DNA of 64,000 bases from Eggerthellaceae bacterium (GTDB taxonomy: Bacteria; Bacillota; Clostridia; Oscillospirales; Acutalibacteraceae): the NCBI GenBank assembly GCA_963616775.1, contig CAVELL010000033.1, forward strand, positions 1,645-65,644, read 5' to 3'. Under the pieces are notes generated by a model. The model worked only from the letters and a program-made list of their open reading frames with translations. It did no database searches and was not told the origin of the DNA. The position numbers were made by a program, and so were the translations under genes. This document shows positions 30,906 through 39,968 of this stretch, piece after piece. Within the stretch, counting starts at the first letter, position 1. Every line of letters begins with the position of its first letter.

Positions 30906-32399
30906 TTATTTCAGCAGGTCAAAAACAACCTGCTCCATATCTTCCTTTTTGCAGCAGCCGGTGAATCTCGGCGTTTTGCCTTTAAGGTTTGCAAGCTGCG
31001 GCGGACATACCTCGCCCGTCTCGTCGTGCAGAGCGTGAACCATCTCAAACTCGTCAAGGTCGGCAGTCATTCCGGGGTGAACGGCGTCAAGGACAGCTTT
31101 GCTGAACTTGAACGGATTTGCCGTCGAAGCAATCACCGTCGGTGCTGTGTCGCCGGTTCTCTCCCTGTAATCCTCATAGACGGAAACCGCAACAGCCGTA
31201 TGAGTATCGCAAAGATATTTGTGCTCCCTGAACTCCTTGGCAATGCAAGCCTTTGTTTCGTTGTCGTCACAGCTTCCCGAATCAAACAGCTCGCCGAGCT
31301 TTGCGAAAACGTCGCCGCTGACGGTGTATGAGCCCTTTGAGGACAGCTCGGACATCCACTCGCCGACAAGCTTATCGTCCATGCCCGAAAGCAGGAAAAG
31401 AAGACGCTCAAGGTTGGAGGAAATGAGAATATCCATTGACGGAGAAACCGTGGTGTAGAAATCTCTGACACGGTTGTATGTTCCGCTTCTGAGGAAATCC
31501 GTCAGAACATTGTTTGCATTGGAGGCGCAAATAAGCTTGTGCATCGGAACGCCCATTTCCTTTGCGTAGTATGCGGCAAGAATGTTGCCGAAGTTGCCCG
31601 TCGGAACAACAACGTTTATCTCGTCCCCCGGCTTTATTTCGCCCTTGTTAAGCATCTCGCAGTAAGCCGATACATAATAAACAATCTGCGGAACAAGTCT
31701 GCCCCAGTTGATTGAGTTTGCCGACGAGAACATCATTCCCTGCTCGGCAAGCTTTGCGGCAACAGCCTTGTCCGTAAATATTTTCTTAACCCCCGTCTGT
31801 GCGTCATCGAAGTTGCCCTCAATCGCACAAACGCCGACATTGGCACCCTCCTGGGTCGTCATCTGAAGCTTCTGCATCGGACTCACGCCGTCGTTGGGAT
31901 AGAATACAAGAATTTTTGTGTTCTTTACGTCCTTGAAGCCCTCAAGAGCGGCTTTGCCCGTATCACCCGATGTGGCAACAAGAATAACAATCTGCTTGCC
32001 CGGCTCACTTTTCGCCGAAGCAACAGTCAGCAAATGCGGAAGAAGCTGGAGTGCCATATCCTTGAAAGCGCAGGTCGGGCCCTTCCACAGCTCAAGAATT
32101 TCCGTGCCCTCGCTCAGAGTATGGAGCGGTGCAATCTTATCGCTTGAAAATTTGCCCTCGCCGTAAGCACCCCTGACACAGGAGTCGATTTCCTCGGCTG
32201 TAAAATCCGTAAGATAAAGAGAAAGGATTTCCTTTGCTCTTTCTATATAATCACATTCGGCAAGCCGAACGATATCGTCCATTGTGATGTGCGGTATCTC
32301 CTCCGGCACAAACAGTCCGCCCTCGGCAGAAATGCCGTGTGAGATAGCCTGTGAAGAAGTTACCCTTATGCTCTTGTCTCTGGTGCTTGTGTAAAACAT
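30906..32399 (-). CDS. thrC: threonine synthase (long form)
   Basis: MFYTSTRD..., the PLP lysine context TCAFKDMALQ, and GNFGN. 497 aa. Confidence 0.93.
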   Translation of the reverse strand: MFYTSTRDKSIRVTSSQAISHGISAEGGLFVPEEIPHITMDDIVRLAECDYIERAKEILSLYLTDFTAEEIDSCVRGAYGEGKFSSDKIAPLHTLSEGTEILELWKGPTCAFKDMALQLLPHLLTVASAKSEPGKQIVILVATSGDTGKAALEGFKDVKNTKILVFYPNDGVSPMQKLQMTTQEGANVGVCAIEGNFDDAQTGVKKIFTDKAVAAKLAEQGMMFSSANSINWGRLVPQIVYYVSAYCEMLNKGEIKPGDEINVVVPTGNFGNILAAYYAKEMGVPMHKLICASNANNVLTDFLRSGTYNRVRDFYTTVSPSMDILISSNLERLLFLLSGMDDKLVGEWMSELSSKGSYTVSGDVFAKLGELFDSGSCDDNETKACIAKEFREHKYLCDTHTAVAVSVYEDYRERTGDTAPTVIASTANPFKFSKAVLDAVHPGMTADLDEFEMVHALHDETGEVCPPQLANLKGKTPRFTGCCKKEDMEQVVFDLLK

Positions 32400-32462
32400 A
32401 TTTTCTTCTCCTTTTCGGTGAATCTGACTTTATTGTATCATAAGTAAAAAAACAATTCAATG

Positions 32463-33326
32463 TTATCTTTTGAAAAGATTTCTCTTTTTGGAAGATTTCT
32501 CCTCCGTTGGAATATAAAATCTGTCCGCAGCCCGGTTGGCAACAAGCTCTTTCTTTATAATCTCAAGCCTTGCATCCGCAAAAAAGGCGTTGTGCAGTTT
32601 TTCGTCAAGCTCGGCTGTGTTTATAATGCCCTTACCCTCGGAGCCGTATATGTGTTCCGTTTTATCACAAGTTCGGTTAGCCTCTGTCTCTTTATCTGTC
32701 CATTGATGGACACACGGCTTTTCAAAAAACACGCCGCTCTTAATCTTTTTCGCAGGATTGCCGGCATACACCGTGTTCGACTCAATGCGCCTGCCCGAAA
32801 CCACCGACGCCGCACCGATAACCGAGCCCGAGCCTACGGTCGTGCCCTTGAGCAGCATTGCGTCCTGACCGATCCACGTGTGGTCGCCGATGAAAACCGA
32901 TTTTGACGGATTTATCCTTTCCTTGGTCTGCGCATCGTAGAGCAGGTGCGGATCGGCAACCCTGATGCATACGCCGCGTGAAAAAAGCCCGTCATCGCCG
33001 ATGATGATATTGCGTCCCTCCGAGGTGATTGCCGTCAGCCGTTCGTTAAAGTACGTCATTCTTCCGATATAAACGGTGCTTTGGTTATTGAGACTCAAAT
33101 CAACAAGATAATTGTGCCAGTTTGAGCTGAGATAAAGCACGCTGTTGTCACCGACAAACTTGATTTTGCTGTCAACAATTTTCACGCCGTCCTCAACGTA
33201 AACGATGTTGTTCTTTCCGTCAAAGCTTATTGTACTGTCCTGCAAAAATGATTTTTCGGGATTGACAATTATTTGATTGGAATCGGAAATTTCCGTGAGG
33301 TTGTCAAAAGTATCAATGATTGTCAT
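32463..33326 (-). CDS. left-handed beta-helix (hexapeptide-repeat) acyl/acetyltransferase
   Basis: RBS AAGGAGAG. C-terminal hexapeptide region IGDHTWIGQDAMLLKGTTVGSGSVIGAASVV...VYAGNPAK. Confidence 0.72.
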   Translation of the reverse strand: MTIIDTFDNLTEISDSNQIIVNPEKSFLQDSTISFDGKNNIVYVEDGVKIVDSKIKFVGDNSVLYLSSNWHNYLVDLSLNNQSTVYIGRMTYFNERLTAITSEGRNIIIGDDGLFSRGVCIRVADPHLLYDAQTKERINPSKSVFIGDHTWIGQDAMLLKGTTVGSGSVIGAASVVSGRRIESNTVYAGNPAKKIKSGVFFEKPCVHQWTDKETEANRTCDKTEHIYGSEGKGIINTAELDEKLHNAFFADARLEIIKKELVANRAADRFYIPTEEKSSKKRNLFKR

Positions 33327-33341
33327 TTTCGGCTCTCCTTA

Positions 33342-33707
33342 TCATTCACTCGGCGTGAACGCGTTTTCAATATAATTGGTTTTCAAAGGCTTGAATTTAT
33401 CGTCCAGGTAAACCTCGCAAACGTCAAAGCGCGGCTGCTTACCGCTCGGATATGCCTTCATAAAAAGCTTTGCCGTCGCGGCAAGCTTCGCCTGCTTGGA
33501 CAGGTCAACCGCTTCTTTCGCTTCATAAAGGCTGTTCTGTCCCCTTGTTTTCACCTCGACGAAGCATATATATTTTCCCTTTTGTGCAATAATATCTATC
33601 TCGCCCAGTCTGGAACGAAAGTTTCCCGTAACGATTTTGTATCCGTTATCTCTCAGATACCTTGCGGCAAAAATTTCGCCCCACACTCCCGACTTATTTA
33701 TTTTCAT
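33342..33707 (-). CDS. yraN: YraN family endonuclease-like protein (UPF0102)
   Basis: GE..A..YL...GY.I...N.R...GEIDIIA......FVEVKTR pattern. It sits in the conserved position after rnhB. Confidence 0.85.
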   Translation of the reverse strand: MKINKSGVWGEIFAARYLRDNGYKIVTGNFRSRLGEIDIIAQKGKYICFVEVKTRGQNSLYEAKEAVDLSKQAKLAATAKLFMKAYPSGKQPRFDVCEVYLDDKFKPLKTNYIENAFTPSE

Positions 33708-34326
33708 AGTATTTCCTCAGAAACGTCATTCGATGTATTTCGGACGCGCCGTATTTGTCCAGCATTTCATAGTGCAGCTTGGTGCCGTAGCCCTTGTGCT
33801 TCGCAAACTGATACTCGGGATACTTCCTGTCCATTTCGAGCATAAGCCTGTCCCTCGTCACCTTGGCAAGAATCGACGCTGCGGCAATGGACATTGAATT
33901 TGCGTCTCCCTTGACAACGGTTCTTGTCGGGACGCCCAAATCGGGGTCACGGTTGCCGTCCACAAGTGCTGCATCGGGCTTAACCTTCAGACCCTGAAAC
34001 GCGCGGTTCATCGCCAAATATGTTGCATTGAGAATGTTTATTTCGTCAATTTCCTTTTCATCAGCCGTTGCAACGGAATAGGCTATCGCCGTTTCCTTTA
34101 TCACGTCAAAAAGCTGCTCGCGTTTCTTTTCCGTAAGCTTTTTTGAATCGTTAACACCGTCGATAATACAGCCGTCGGGAAGAATGACTGCCGCCGCACA
34201 TACCGGTCCCGCGAGCGGCCCTCTGCCTGCCTCGTCGATTCCGCAGACAACGTTAAAGCCGCTCTCCTTCGCCTCGCGCTCATATTTAAGCCAGTCAATC
34301 TGAGTTTCGGTCTTCATTTTTTTCAT
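33694..34326 (-). CDS. rnhB: ribonuclease HII
   Basis: GIDEAGRGPLAGPV, DSKKL and HKGYGT motifs. Confidence 0.95.
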   Translation of the reverse strand: MKKMKTETQIDWLKYEREAKESGFNVVCGIDEAGRGPLAGPVCAAAVILPDGCIIDGVNDSKKLTEKKREQLFDVIKETAIAYSVATADEKEIDEINILNATYLAMNRAFQGLKVKPDAALVDGNRDPDLGVPTRTVVKGDANSMSIAAASILAKVTRDRLMLEMDRKYPEYQFAKHKGYGTKLHYEMLDKYGASEIHRMTFLRKYYENK

Positions 34327-35362
34327 CCTCTAAATTAAACTTTATCGCCTGTTGATAAATTATATCGTTTGAATTTATCATCTGCTCTTCATTTTTGATT
34401 TCACATTTGCCCTCGGTCATCCACGAAACCATCGCCGAATTTATATCCGGGTTGTAATGACTGAAATCTTTGTAAAGCTCCAAATCACCTGTAATGTCGG
34501 TGAGCTGCTGAAAATCAAAAATCCTCACATTATCGAATTTACCGAGTATCTCATAAGCGACCCTTTTGGCATTCAATGCCGCCGAAAGCCGACCGTCGCA
34601 TTTGTAATTATTCCAGGTCAGAACCGAATACGGCGGGAAGAAAAACCAAAATGTTGTTTCGGGATGGCTCTCCACGAGAGGAACAATATTTTTATTTACA
34701 AGGTCTTTACAGGACTCTTCGTAAAAAGATGTCGGCTTCTCCTCTTCCTTTTCGGGCTCGCTGTAACCCTCTAAGGTGTATTTCTTGCCGAACTTATATT
34801 TATCGGCAAAATAATATGCATTATCAAGATATTCTTCTCCGCCCGTTGACATTTTTAATGCTGTTCTCACGGAAAGCTTTAAAATATCATAATTCAGCAC
34901 ATAGCTCACGTCGTTAAACGGATTTTCATCATACAGATATTGAGGCAGAGACTTCAGCGTGTCTTCATCATCCTTGACGTTTTCCATCAACGAGTAAACA
35001 TCAAGTCCCCAAAAAATATTTTTCAGGTTATGATTTTTATAGCCCAAATTTATAATTTCATTATATTCGCATAAGCTGCCTGCCGCAAAAGATAATTTAA
35101 CGGTCGTGCAATTCATTTCCCTGTTAAAATCACTTACCCTTGAATTTTGCACCATCGACGAGCCCACTAAAACACTGTCATACCGTATATTTTTCGCAAT
35201 GCCGGGATTGTGATATCTCTCGTTTTCAACAAGAGGATAAAGCCCGAGCCACGGCGCATGATAGTGTGTCAACGGATCTACAACAAAAACAAAGGACGAT
35301 ACAGCCAAAAGTGCGGACAGAATCAATGCGATTACCGATATAGTCCATTTTTTATACTTCAT
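34295..35362 (-). CDS. membrane-anchored DltD-like / SGNH-like accessory protein partnered with the MBOAT
   Basis: N-terminal TM anchor, GSSMV near the N-terminus and D..H (DFSHYN) near the C-terminus, as in DltD-type acyl-transfer partners. It lies 11 nt downstream of the MBOAT gene. Low GC. Confidence 0.45.
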   Translation of the reverse strand: MKYKKWTISVIALILSALLAVSSFVFVVDPLTHYHAPWLGLYPLVENERYHNPGIAKNIRYDSVLVGSSMVQNSRVSDFNREMNCTTVKLSFAAGSLCEYNEIINLGYKNHNLKNIFWGLDVYSLMENVKDDEDTLKSLPQYLYDENPFNDVSYVLNYDILKLSVRTALKMSTGGEEYLDNAYYFADKYKFGKKYTLEGYSEPEKEEEKPTSFYEESCKDLVNKNIVPLVESHPETTFWFFFPPYSVLTWNNYKCDGRLSAALNAKRVAYEILGKFDNVRIFDFQQLTDITGDLELYKDFSHYNPDINSAMVSWMTEGKCEIKNEEQMINSNDIIYQQAIKFNLEDEKNEDRNSD

Positions 35363-35373
35363 ATTTTTTCATC

Positions 35374-36789
35374 CTAAAAATTAAAATACAGAAACTCGCT
35401 GACTTGAGAAAGCTGCAAAACAGAGAACACAAATAAAATAATCGTCATCACACCGTTGAGTAATTTAGGTGTAAACTTCTCTGACTTTTCCAAAGCGTTC
35501 TTTGAAAACATTGAAAGATAGATTACTATACCTATCAAAGCAAGTGCGATTATGTACCATGATCCCGGCACAAATGACAGATTGCCCTTAATTGTGTCCG
35601 ACACGGCAAAAGAGCTGAAGCTAAACATATTCTTTAGCATCTCTAAAGCATACGAAACATTTTTTGCCCGGAAGAAAACCCAGGTGATCGAAACGAAAAC
35701 GAAGGTAGCTATCCTGCTTATTATCGGAATCTTTTTAATCGGCTTCTTAAATATTTTGTTCAGTATGTTTGCGACGCCGTGCAAAAGACCCCACAAAATA
35801 TAATTCCATCCGGCTCCGTGCCATATACCGCTCACCAAGAATACTATCAGTATATTTAAGTATGTTCTCACCGTTCCTTTTCTGCTTCCGCCCAGCGGAA
35901 TGTATATGTATCTTGTGAAGAAACGGGTGAGGGTTATATGCCATCTGTCCCAGAAATCTATAATATCAACAGCCTTGTATGGGGAATTAAAGTTCATCGG
36001 CAATTCCATACCGTACATATTTGCTATACCGCTTGCCATATCGCAGTATCCGCTGAAATCAAAATAAATCTGGAACGTATACGCCAAAACGCCTATCCAA
36101 GCGTCCATACTCGTTATCTGTGAAGTCGTGTCAAACGCAAAGCTGCTGAACTTTGACAGGAAGTCCGCAACAAGCACTTTCTTTGCCAAGCCGAGCGTGA
36201 AAAGATAGAATCCTCTTGAAAAAATCTTGAAATCGAAAGCCTTATTTGTCTTTGAGGATATTTGCGGTACTATTTCGTCATGCAGGACAATCGGTCCTGC
36301 TATAAGCTGGGGATAAAACAGTACAAAAATCGAATAGTCCAACAAGCTGTATTTAGGTATATCTTTTTTATAACTGTCGATTACATAAGAAAGCTGCTGA
36401 AATGTGAAAAAGCTGATACCCAGCGGCATAAGAATATGCATCAGCGGCAAATCTGTTTTAAACAGGAGATTGATATTGTCAATCATAAAATCCGTATATT
36501 TATAATAAGCAATCAGCCCTATATTAAAAAGCAGTCCGAACGCAAAAGCAAATTTACGAAGAACTTGCTTTGTGCTGCATATCATTATGTGGCTGAGCAA
36601 ATAATTGACTAATATACTGGATATTATTATAAGACCGTAATTTACATTGTAGTATGCATAAAAAATCAGGGAAGAAATCAGCAACGATATTTTTCCAAGC
36701 GTATACTTTTTAAAATGGTTAAGCAAATACCAAGCCGCAATACATATCGGGAAAAAAGCGAAGATAAAAATATATGAATTAAATAACAT
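35374..36789 (-). CDS. MBOAT family O-acyltransferase (AlgI/DltB/PatA-like)
   Basis: MLFNSYIFIFAFFP..., FWDRWHITLTRFF..YIYIPLGG, GIWHGAGWNYILWGLLHG (conserved His). ATG at 36789 with a GGAGG RBS. Confidence 0.88.
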   Translation of the reverse strand: MLFNSYIFIFAFFPICIAAWYLLNHFKKYTLGKISLLISSLIFYAYYNVNYGLIIISSILVNYLLSHIMICSTKQVLRKFAFAFGLLFNIGLIAYYKYTDFMIDNINLLFKTDLPLMHILMPLGISFFTFQQLSYVIDSYKKDIPKYSLLDYSIFVLFYPQLIAGPIVLHDEIVPQISSKTNKAFDFKIFSRGFYLFTLGLAKKVLVADFLSKFSSFAFDTTSQITSMDAWIGVLAYTFQIYFDFSGYCDMASGIANMYGMELPMNFNSPYKAVDIIDFWDRWHITLTRFFTRYIYIPLGGSRKGTVRTYLNILIVFLVSGIWHGAGWNYILWGLLHGVANILNKIFKKPIKKIPIISRIATFVFVSITWVFFRAKNVSYALEMLKNMFSFSSFAVSDTIKGNLSFVPGSWYIIALALIGIVIYLSMFSKNALEKSEKFTPKLLNGVMTIILFVFSVLQLSQVSEFLYFNF

Positions 36790-36958
36790 ATTAACCTCCG
36801 TTTTGTACAATTTTAAACTTCATTAAGCGTTTCGGCACGCTTTGATTTTAACAGGCTTTTCGCAAAATATCTTCATCATTGACGAGAGATTTTTTTGTTA
36901 GACGGATTCTATTTCTCGTTGGCTATATTCTTATATGCCGAGAGGGATAAAATTCGTA

Positions 36959-37843
36959 TCACGGAAAAAGCTGCGTCAAGGGAGGAAATTCCATTGTTAT
37001 CTTGCCTAATTTTCCGCCCCTGTACTCATCAAGAAGCATTACTGCGGCTCGCTCGGTGTTCACCTCTCCGCCGCTGATAAGCATTCCTCTTTTTCTGCCT
37101 ATCATTTCAAGAATCTCCCACGATTGAAGCTCCTCAAAATCCGTCAGCTTATACCTTTCGGCAAGACGTTCGGGATAGCCCTCACGCAGAACATCAATCA
37201 AGCGCACCGCCATGGTTTCAACATCGAGCACCGCGTCCTTGACCGAACCGATAAAGGCAAGTCGGTCACCGACAACGGGATCATCGAACTTCGGCCAGAG
37301 CACACCGGGGGTGTCGAGAAGCTCGATTCCGTTTCCGATGAAGAACCATTGATTGCTCGTCGTAACTCCGGGTCTGTCGGCAACCTTGGCTCGGACTCTT
37401 CCTGCCATTTTGTTTATAAAAGAAGACTTGCCGGTGTTCGGTATTCCGACGACCATAACTCTCAGTGCTTTGCCAACCATGCCCTTGTCGTTATTCTGCC
37501 GGATTTTATCGGCGAGCACCTTCCGCACAAGCTGTGTGTATCCGTTCAAGCCCTTACCCGAACGGCAGTCTACAGCCATAGCCTCCGCTCCTGCGGAACG
37601 AAAATATTTTACCCATTCTGCGGTTACTTTTTCGTCCGCCATATCGCACTTGTTAAGCAGGATTATACGCGGCTTTCCTGCCGTTATCTCTCCGATCTCC
37701 GGATTTCTGCTTGAAAGAGGGATTCTGGCATCCAGTATCTCCGTCACACAGTCCACGCGCGAAAGACTTTCCTTGATAAGTCTCCTCGTTTTTGCCATGT
37801 GTCCCGGAAACCATTGAACCGTTTGTTTCTGAAAATCGCTCAT
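36959..37843 (-). CDS. rbgA: ribosome biogenesis GTPase A (YlqF/RbgA)
   Basis: QWFPGHMAKT, circularly permuted G motifs (LNKCD ... GIPNTGKSS ... DTPG). Confidence 0.92.
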   Translation of the reverse strand: MSDFQKQTVQWFPGHMAKTRRLIKESLSRVDCVTEILDARIPLSSRNPEIGEITAGKPRIILLNKCDMADEKVTAEWVKYFRSAGAEAMAVDCRSGKGLNGYTQLVRKVLADKIRQNNDKGMVGKALRVMVVGIPNTGKSSFINKMAGRVRAKVADRPGVTTSNQWFFIGNGIELLDTPGVLWPKFDDPVVGDRLAFIGSVKDAVLDVETMAVRLIDVLREGYPERLAERYKLTDFEELQSWEILEMIGRKRGMLISGGEVNTERAAVMLLDEYRGGKLGKITMEFPPLTQLFP

Positions 37844-37927
37844 TGTCTCACCCATAATAATTGTTTTAAAAAACGGAGCGGTTGCATAAAGACAGAAAAA
37901 TGTCTACTATACGACAGCTCCTAAAAC

Positions 37928-38497
37928 TCACTCAAACACCGTAAAATTCGGAAAAAGTCTGCATTTTACGACGCCGAGAATATATCTTTCGTCAACGCAG
38001 CCGACCATCGGTGAGCGACTGTCCGTTGAGTCGTTTCTGTTGTCCCCCAGAAGAAAGACCTTGCCCTCCGGAACGATCATCGGGAAAGTGTTTCCCTCCA
38101 TTGCGTATGTCGGCTCGGCAATATAGGGCTCGTCAAGCGCAACGCCGTCAACATAAACGATGCCCTTGCTAAAGTCAATATCAACCGTCTGTCCGCCCTT
38201 GGCAATGACGCGCTTAACGATAGGCTCGTTAAACTCGTTGGGTTGGGTGCTGATTACAATATCGCCCGCCTTGATTTCTCGGTTTATTACCGAAACAACC
38301 AGCCAGTCATTGTTATTCAGCGTCGGAACCATGGAACGACCGTCCACGCCGACAAAACGGACAAAAAACGTAAACATTATCGCGATAATCACGAGCGCGG
38401 TAACAAAAACCGATATTGTTTCATAAAGAAACGAGCTCTTTTTCTCTTTCGGTTCCTGCGCTTCGTCCTTTACGGTGCCCATATTCGTTTCATCCAT
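37928..38497 (-). CDS. lepB: signal peptidase I
   Basis: VDGRSMVPTL (catalytic Ser), KRVIA (catalytic Lys box), LGDNRNDSTDSR. Confidence 0.92.
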   Translation of the reverse strand: MDETNMGTVKDEAQEPKEKKSSFLYETISVFVTALVIIAIMFTFFVRFVGVDGRSMVPTLNNNDWLVVSVINREIKAGDIVISTQPNEFNEPIVKRVIAKGGQTVDIDFSKGIVYVDGVALDEPYIAEPTYAMEGNTFPMIVPEGKVFLLGDNRNDSTDSRSPMVGCVDERYILGVVKCRLFPNFTVFE

Positions 38498-38533
38498 CAA
38501 GCTTCATTCCCTTCACCGCGCAGCAAGTGCGTA

Positions 38534-39160
38534 TTACTGCTCGCTCTGCTGAAAGTTGTCATAAATATTCATACTGCCGAAAGGAAGCACACGGAACATA
38601 GCTCTGCCGAGTATGTATCTCGTATCAATAAATCCGATATCCGTGCTTCGGCTGTCCGTAGAGTGCATTCGGTTGTCACCCATAACAAAGACCTTACCCT
38701 CCGGAACAATCAGCGGAAAGGTCACGTCCGCCGAACGCTTGGTAAGCTCCGCTATATACGGTTCATCCAGCTCCTGACCGTCAACAAAGACCTGACCGGA
38801 GACAAAATTGATGTCAACCGTCTGTCCCTCCGTCGCAATGATTCTCTTTACAATGGGCTCGTTAAACACATTGGGCTGTGTGATAATAACAATATCGCCG
38901 TAATTGTATTCGCTCCTGGGCATGGTGACAAGCCAGTCACCGTCCTGGAGAGTCGGTACCATGGAGGTTCCGACAACGCTTGCCGGTCTGCAAACGAAAG
39001 TAAATACGATAAATATGAGCACAAGCGCGGTAACGACCGAACCGAAGAGGTCATATATCTTGATCCAGCGTGTACGCTCCTTTTTCGCCTGTTCGGGCGT
39101 CATCCCGTTTTTGAGGTATTCGTGCCAGTCTTCCTGAATACTGCGTTTGCTTAATAACAT
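38534..39160 (-). CDS. lepB: signal peptidase I (tandem paralog)
   Basis: VVGTSMVPTL, KRIIA, MGDNRMHSTDSR. RBS AGGAGG. Confidence 0.92.
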   Translation of the reverse strand: MLLSKRSIQEDWHEYLKNGMTPEQAKKERTRWIKIYDLFGSVVTALVLIFIVFTFVCRPASVVGTSMVPTLQDGDWLVTMPRSEYNYGDIVIITQPNVFNEPIVKRIIATEGQTVDINFVSGQVFVDGQELDEPYIAELTKRSADVTFPLIVPEGKVFVMGDNRMHSTDSRSTDIGFIDTRYILGRAMFRVLPFGSMNIYDNFQQSEQ

Positions 39161-39211
39161 TGAATTACCTCCTATTTAAAACGTTTAGTATAATCAATCG
39201 TTTGATGCTCA

Positions 39212-39289
39212 TTAAGGCAATGCCGCACAAATGAGGTGTGCGAATAGCGCAGTAAGGCGTGTGCCTCAATTTGTGCGGTATTGCCTTAA
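39212..39289. repeat. inverted pair of the repeat family forming a long hairpin of about 24 bp (copies D' and D)
   Basis: TTAAGGCAATGCCGCACAAATGAGG - 27 nt - CCTCAATTTGTGCGGTATTGCCTTAA. Confidence 0.6.
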
Positions 39290-39323
39290 AAAACAAAAGG
39301 GCATGGAACCACCGCCATACCCC
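39290..39323 (-). terminator. intrinsic terminator of rplS
   Basis: On the minus strand: GGGTATGG-cggtggtt-CCATGCCC followed by TTTTGTTTTTT. Confidence 0.6.
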
Positions 39324-39352
39324 TCAGCTCGTTTTTGTAATCAATGATTACA

Positions 39353-39700
39353 TCAGCCGATACTCTGCTTAACCTTGGCAGCCTTACCGACTCTGTCACG
39401 CAGATAGTAGAGCTTGCTTCTGCGTACTTTACCTGTTCTGATAAGCTCGATCTTGTCAACATTGGGTGAATGAACAGGGAAAACCCTCTCAACACCAACG
39501 CCGTAAGAAACTCGACGAACGGTAAATGTCTGGGAAACTCCGCTGCCCTTGATGGCAATTACGGTACCCTCGAAGGCCTGGAGTCTTTCTCTCTCGCCTT
39601 CACGGATCTTAACCCAGATTTTGATAGTGTTACCTACCTTGATTGCCTCAGAAATATCAGCCTTGAGGCTGTCCTGAGCGATAAGCTTAAGTGCGTCCAT
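39353..39700 (-). CDS. rplS: 50S ribosomal protein L19
   Basis: G..I.I.V...EG.RER.Q.FEG.VIA....G...TFTVRR.S.GVGVER.F. ATG at 39700, 8 nt after GGGAGG. The track ORF starts 3 codons earlier at a GTG. Confidence 0.95.
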   Translation of the reverse strand: MDALKLIAQDSLKADISEAIKVGNTIKIWVKIREGERERLQAFEGTVIAIKGSGVSQTFTVRRVSYGVGVERVFPVHSPNVDKIELIRTGKVRRSKLYYLRDRVGKAAKVKQSIG

Positions 39701-39825
39701 TACAGACACCTCCCATAAGATTTCAGGCGTTCTTAACGGTTAAACCGACAGAGGACCGTCCGCTTTAATGTTGGGCATTAAACCCCGCCAAACCGACAGA
39801 CTGCCGCCTTGGTGGTCACAAATGC
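39701..39825 (-). promoter_or_regulatory. structured 5' leader of rplS (possible L19-type autoregulatory leader)
   Basis: A leader of about 125 nt between the predicted promoter and the RBS. It contains a direct repeat CTGTCGGTTT (x2) and the hairpin TTTAATG-cccaa-CATTAAA. Confidence 0.3.
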
Positions 39826-39831
39826 TTTAAT

Positions 39832-39860
39832 ATACTAACATATCGTCCGATTAAATTCAA
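39832..39860 (-). promoter_or_regulatory. candidate rplS promoter
   Basis: On the minus strand: TTGAAT (39860-39855), 17-nt spacer, TAGTAT (39837-39832). Confidence 0.45.
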
Positions 39861-39968
39861 GTGTTTTTTGATGATTTATGAGAAAAATCACAATTTTTTT
39901 CGGCGATAAATTTTTCTTTACAATATATAGTTGCCGATTAGACGCTCATATACTATTTTTGTACGGAT

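Noticed and set aside
38243-39154. 303-aa plus-strand ORF spanning both lepB genes
   Set aside because: It is antisense to two signal peptidase genes with intact catalytic motifs, and it crosses their intergenic spacer, which is implausible for a real gene.
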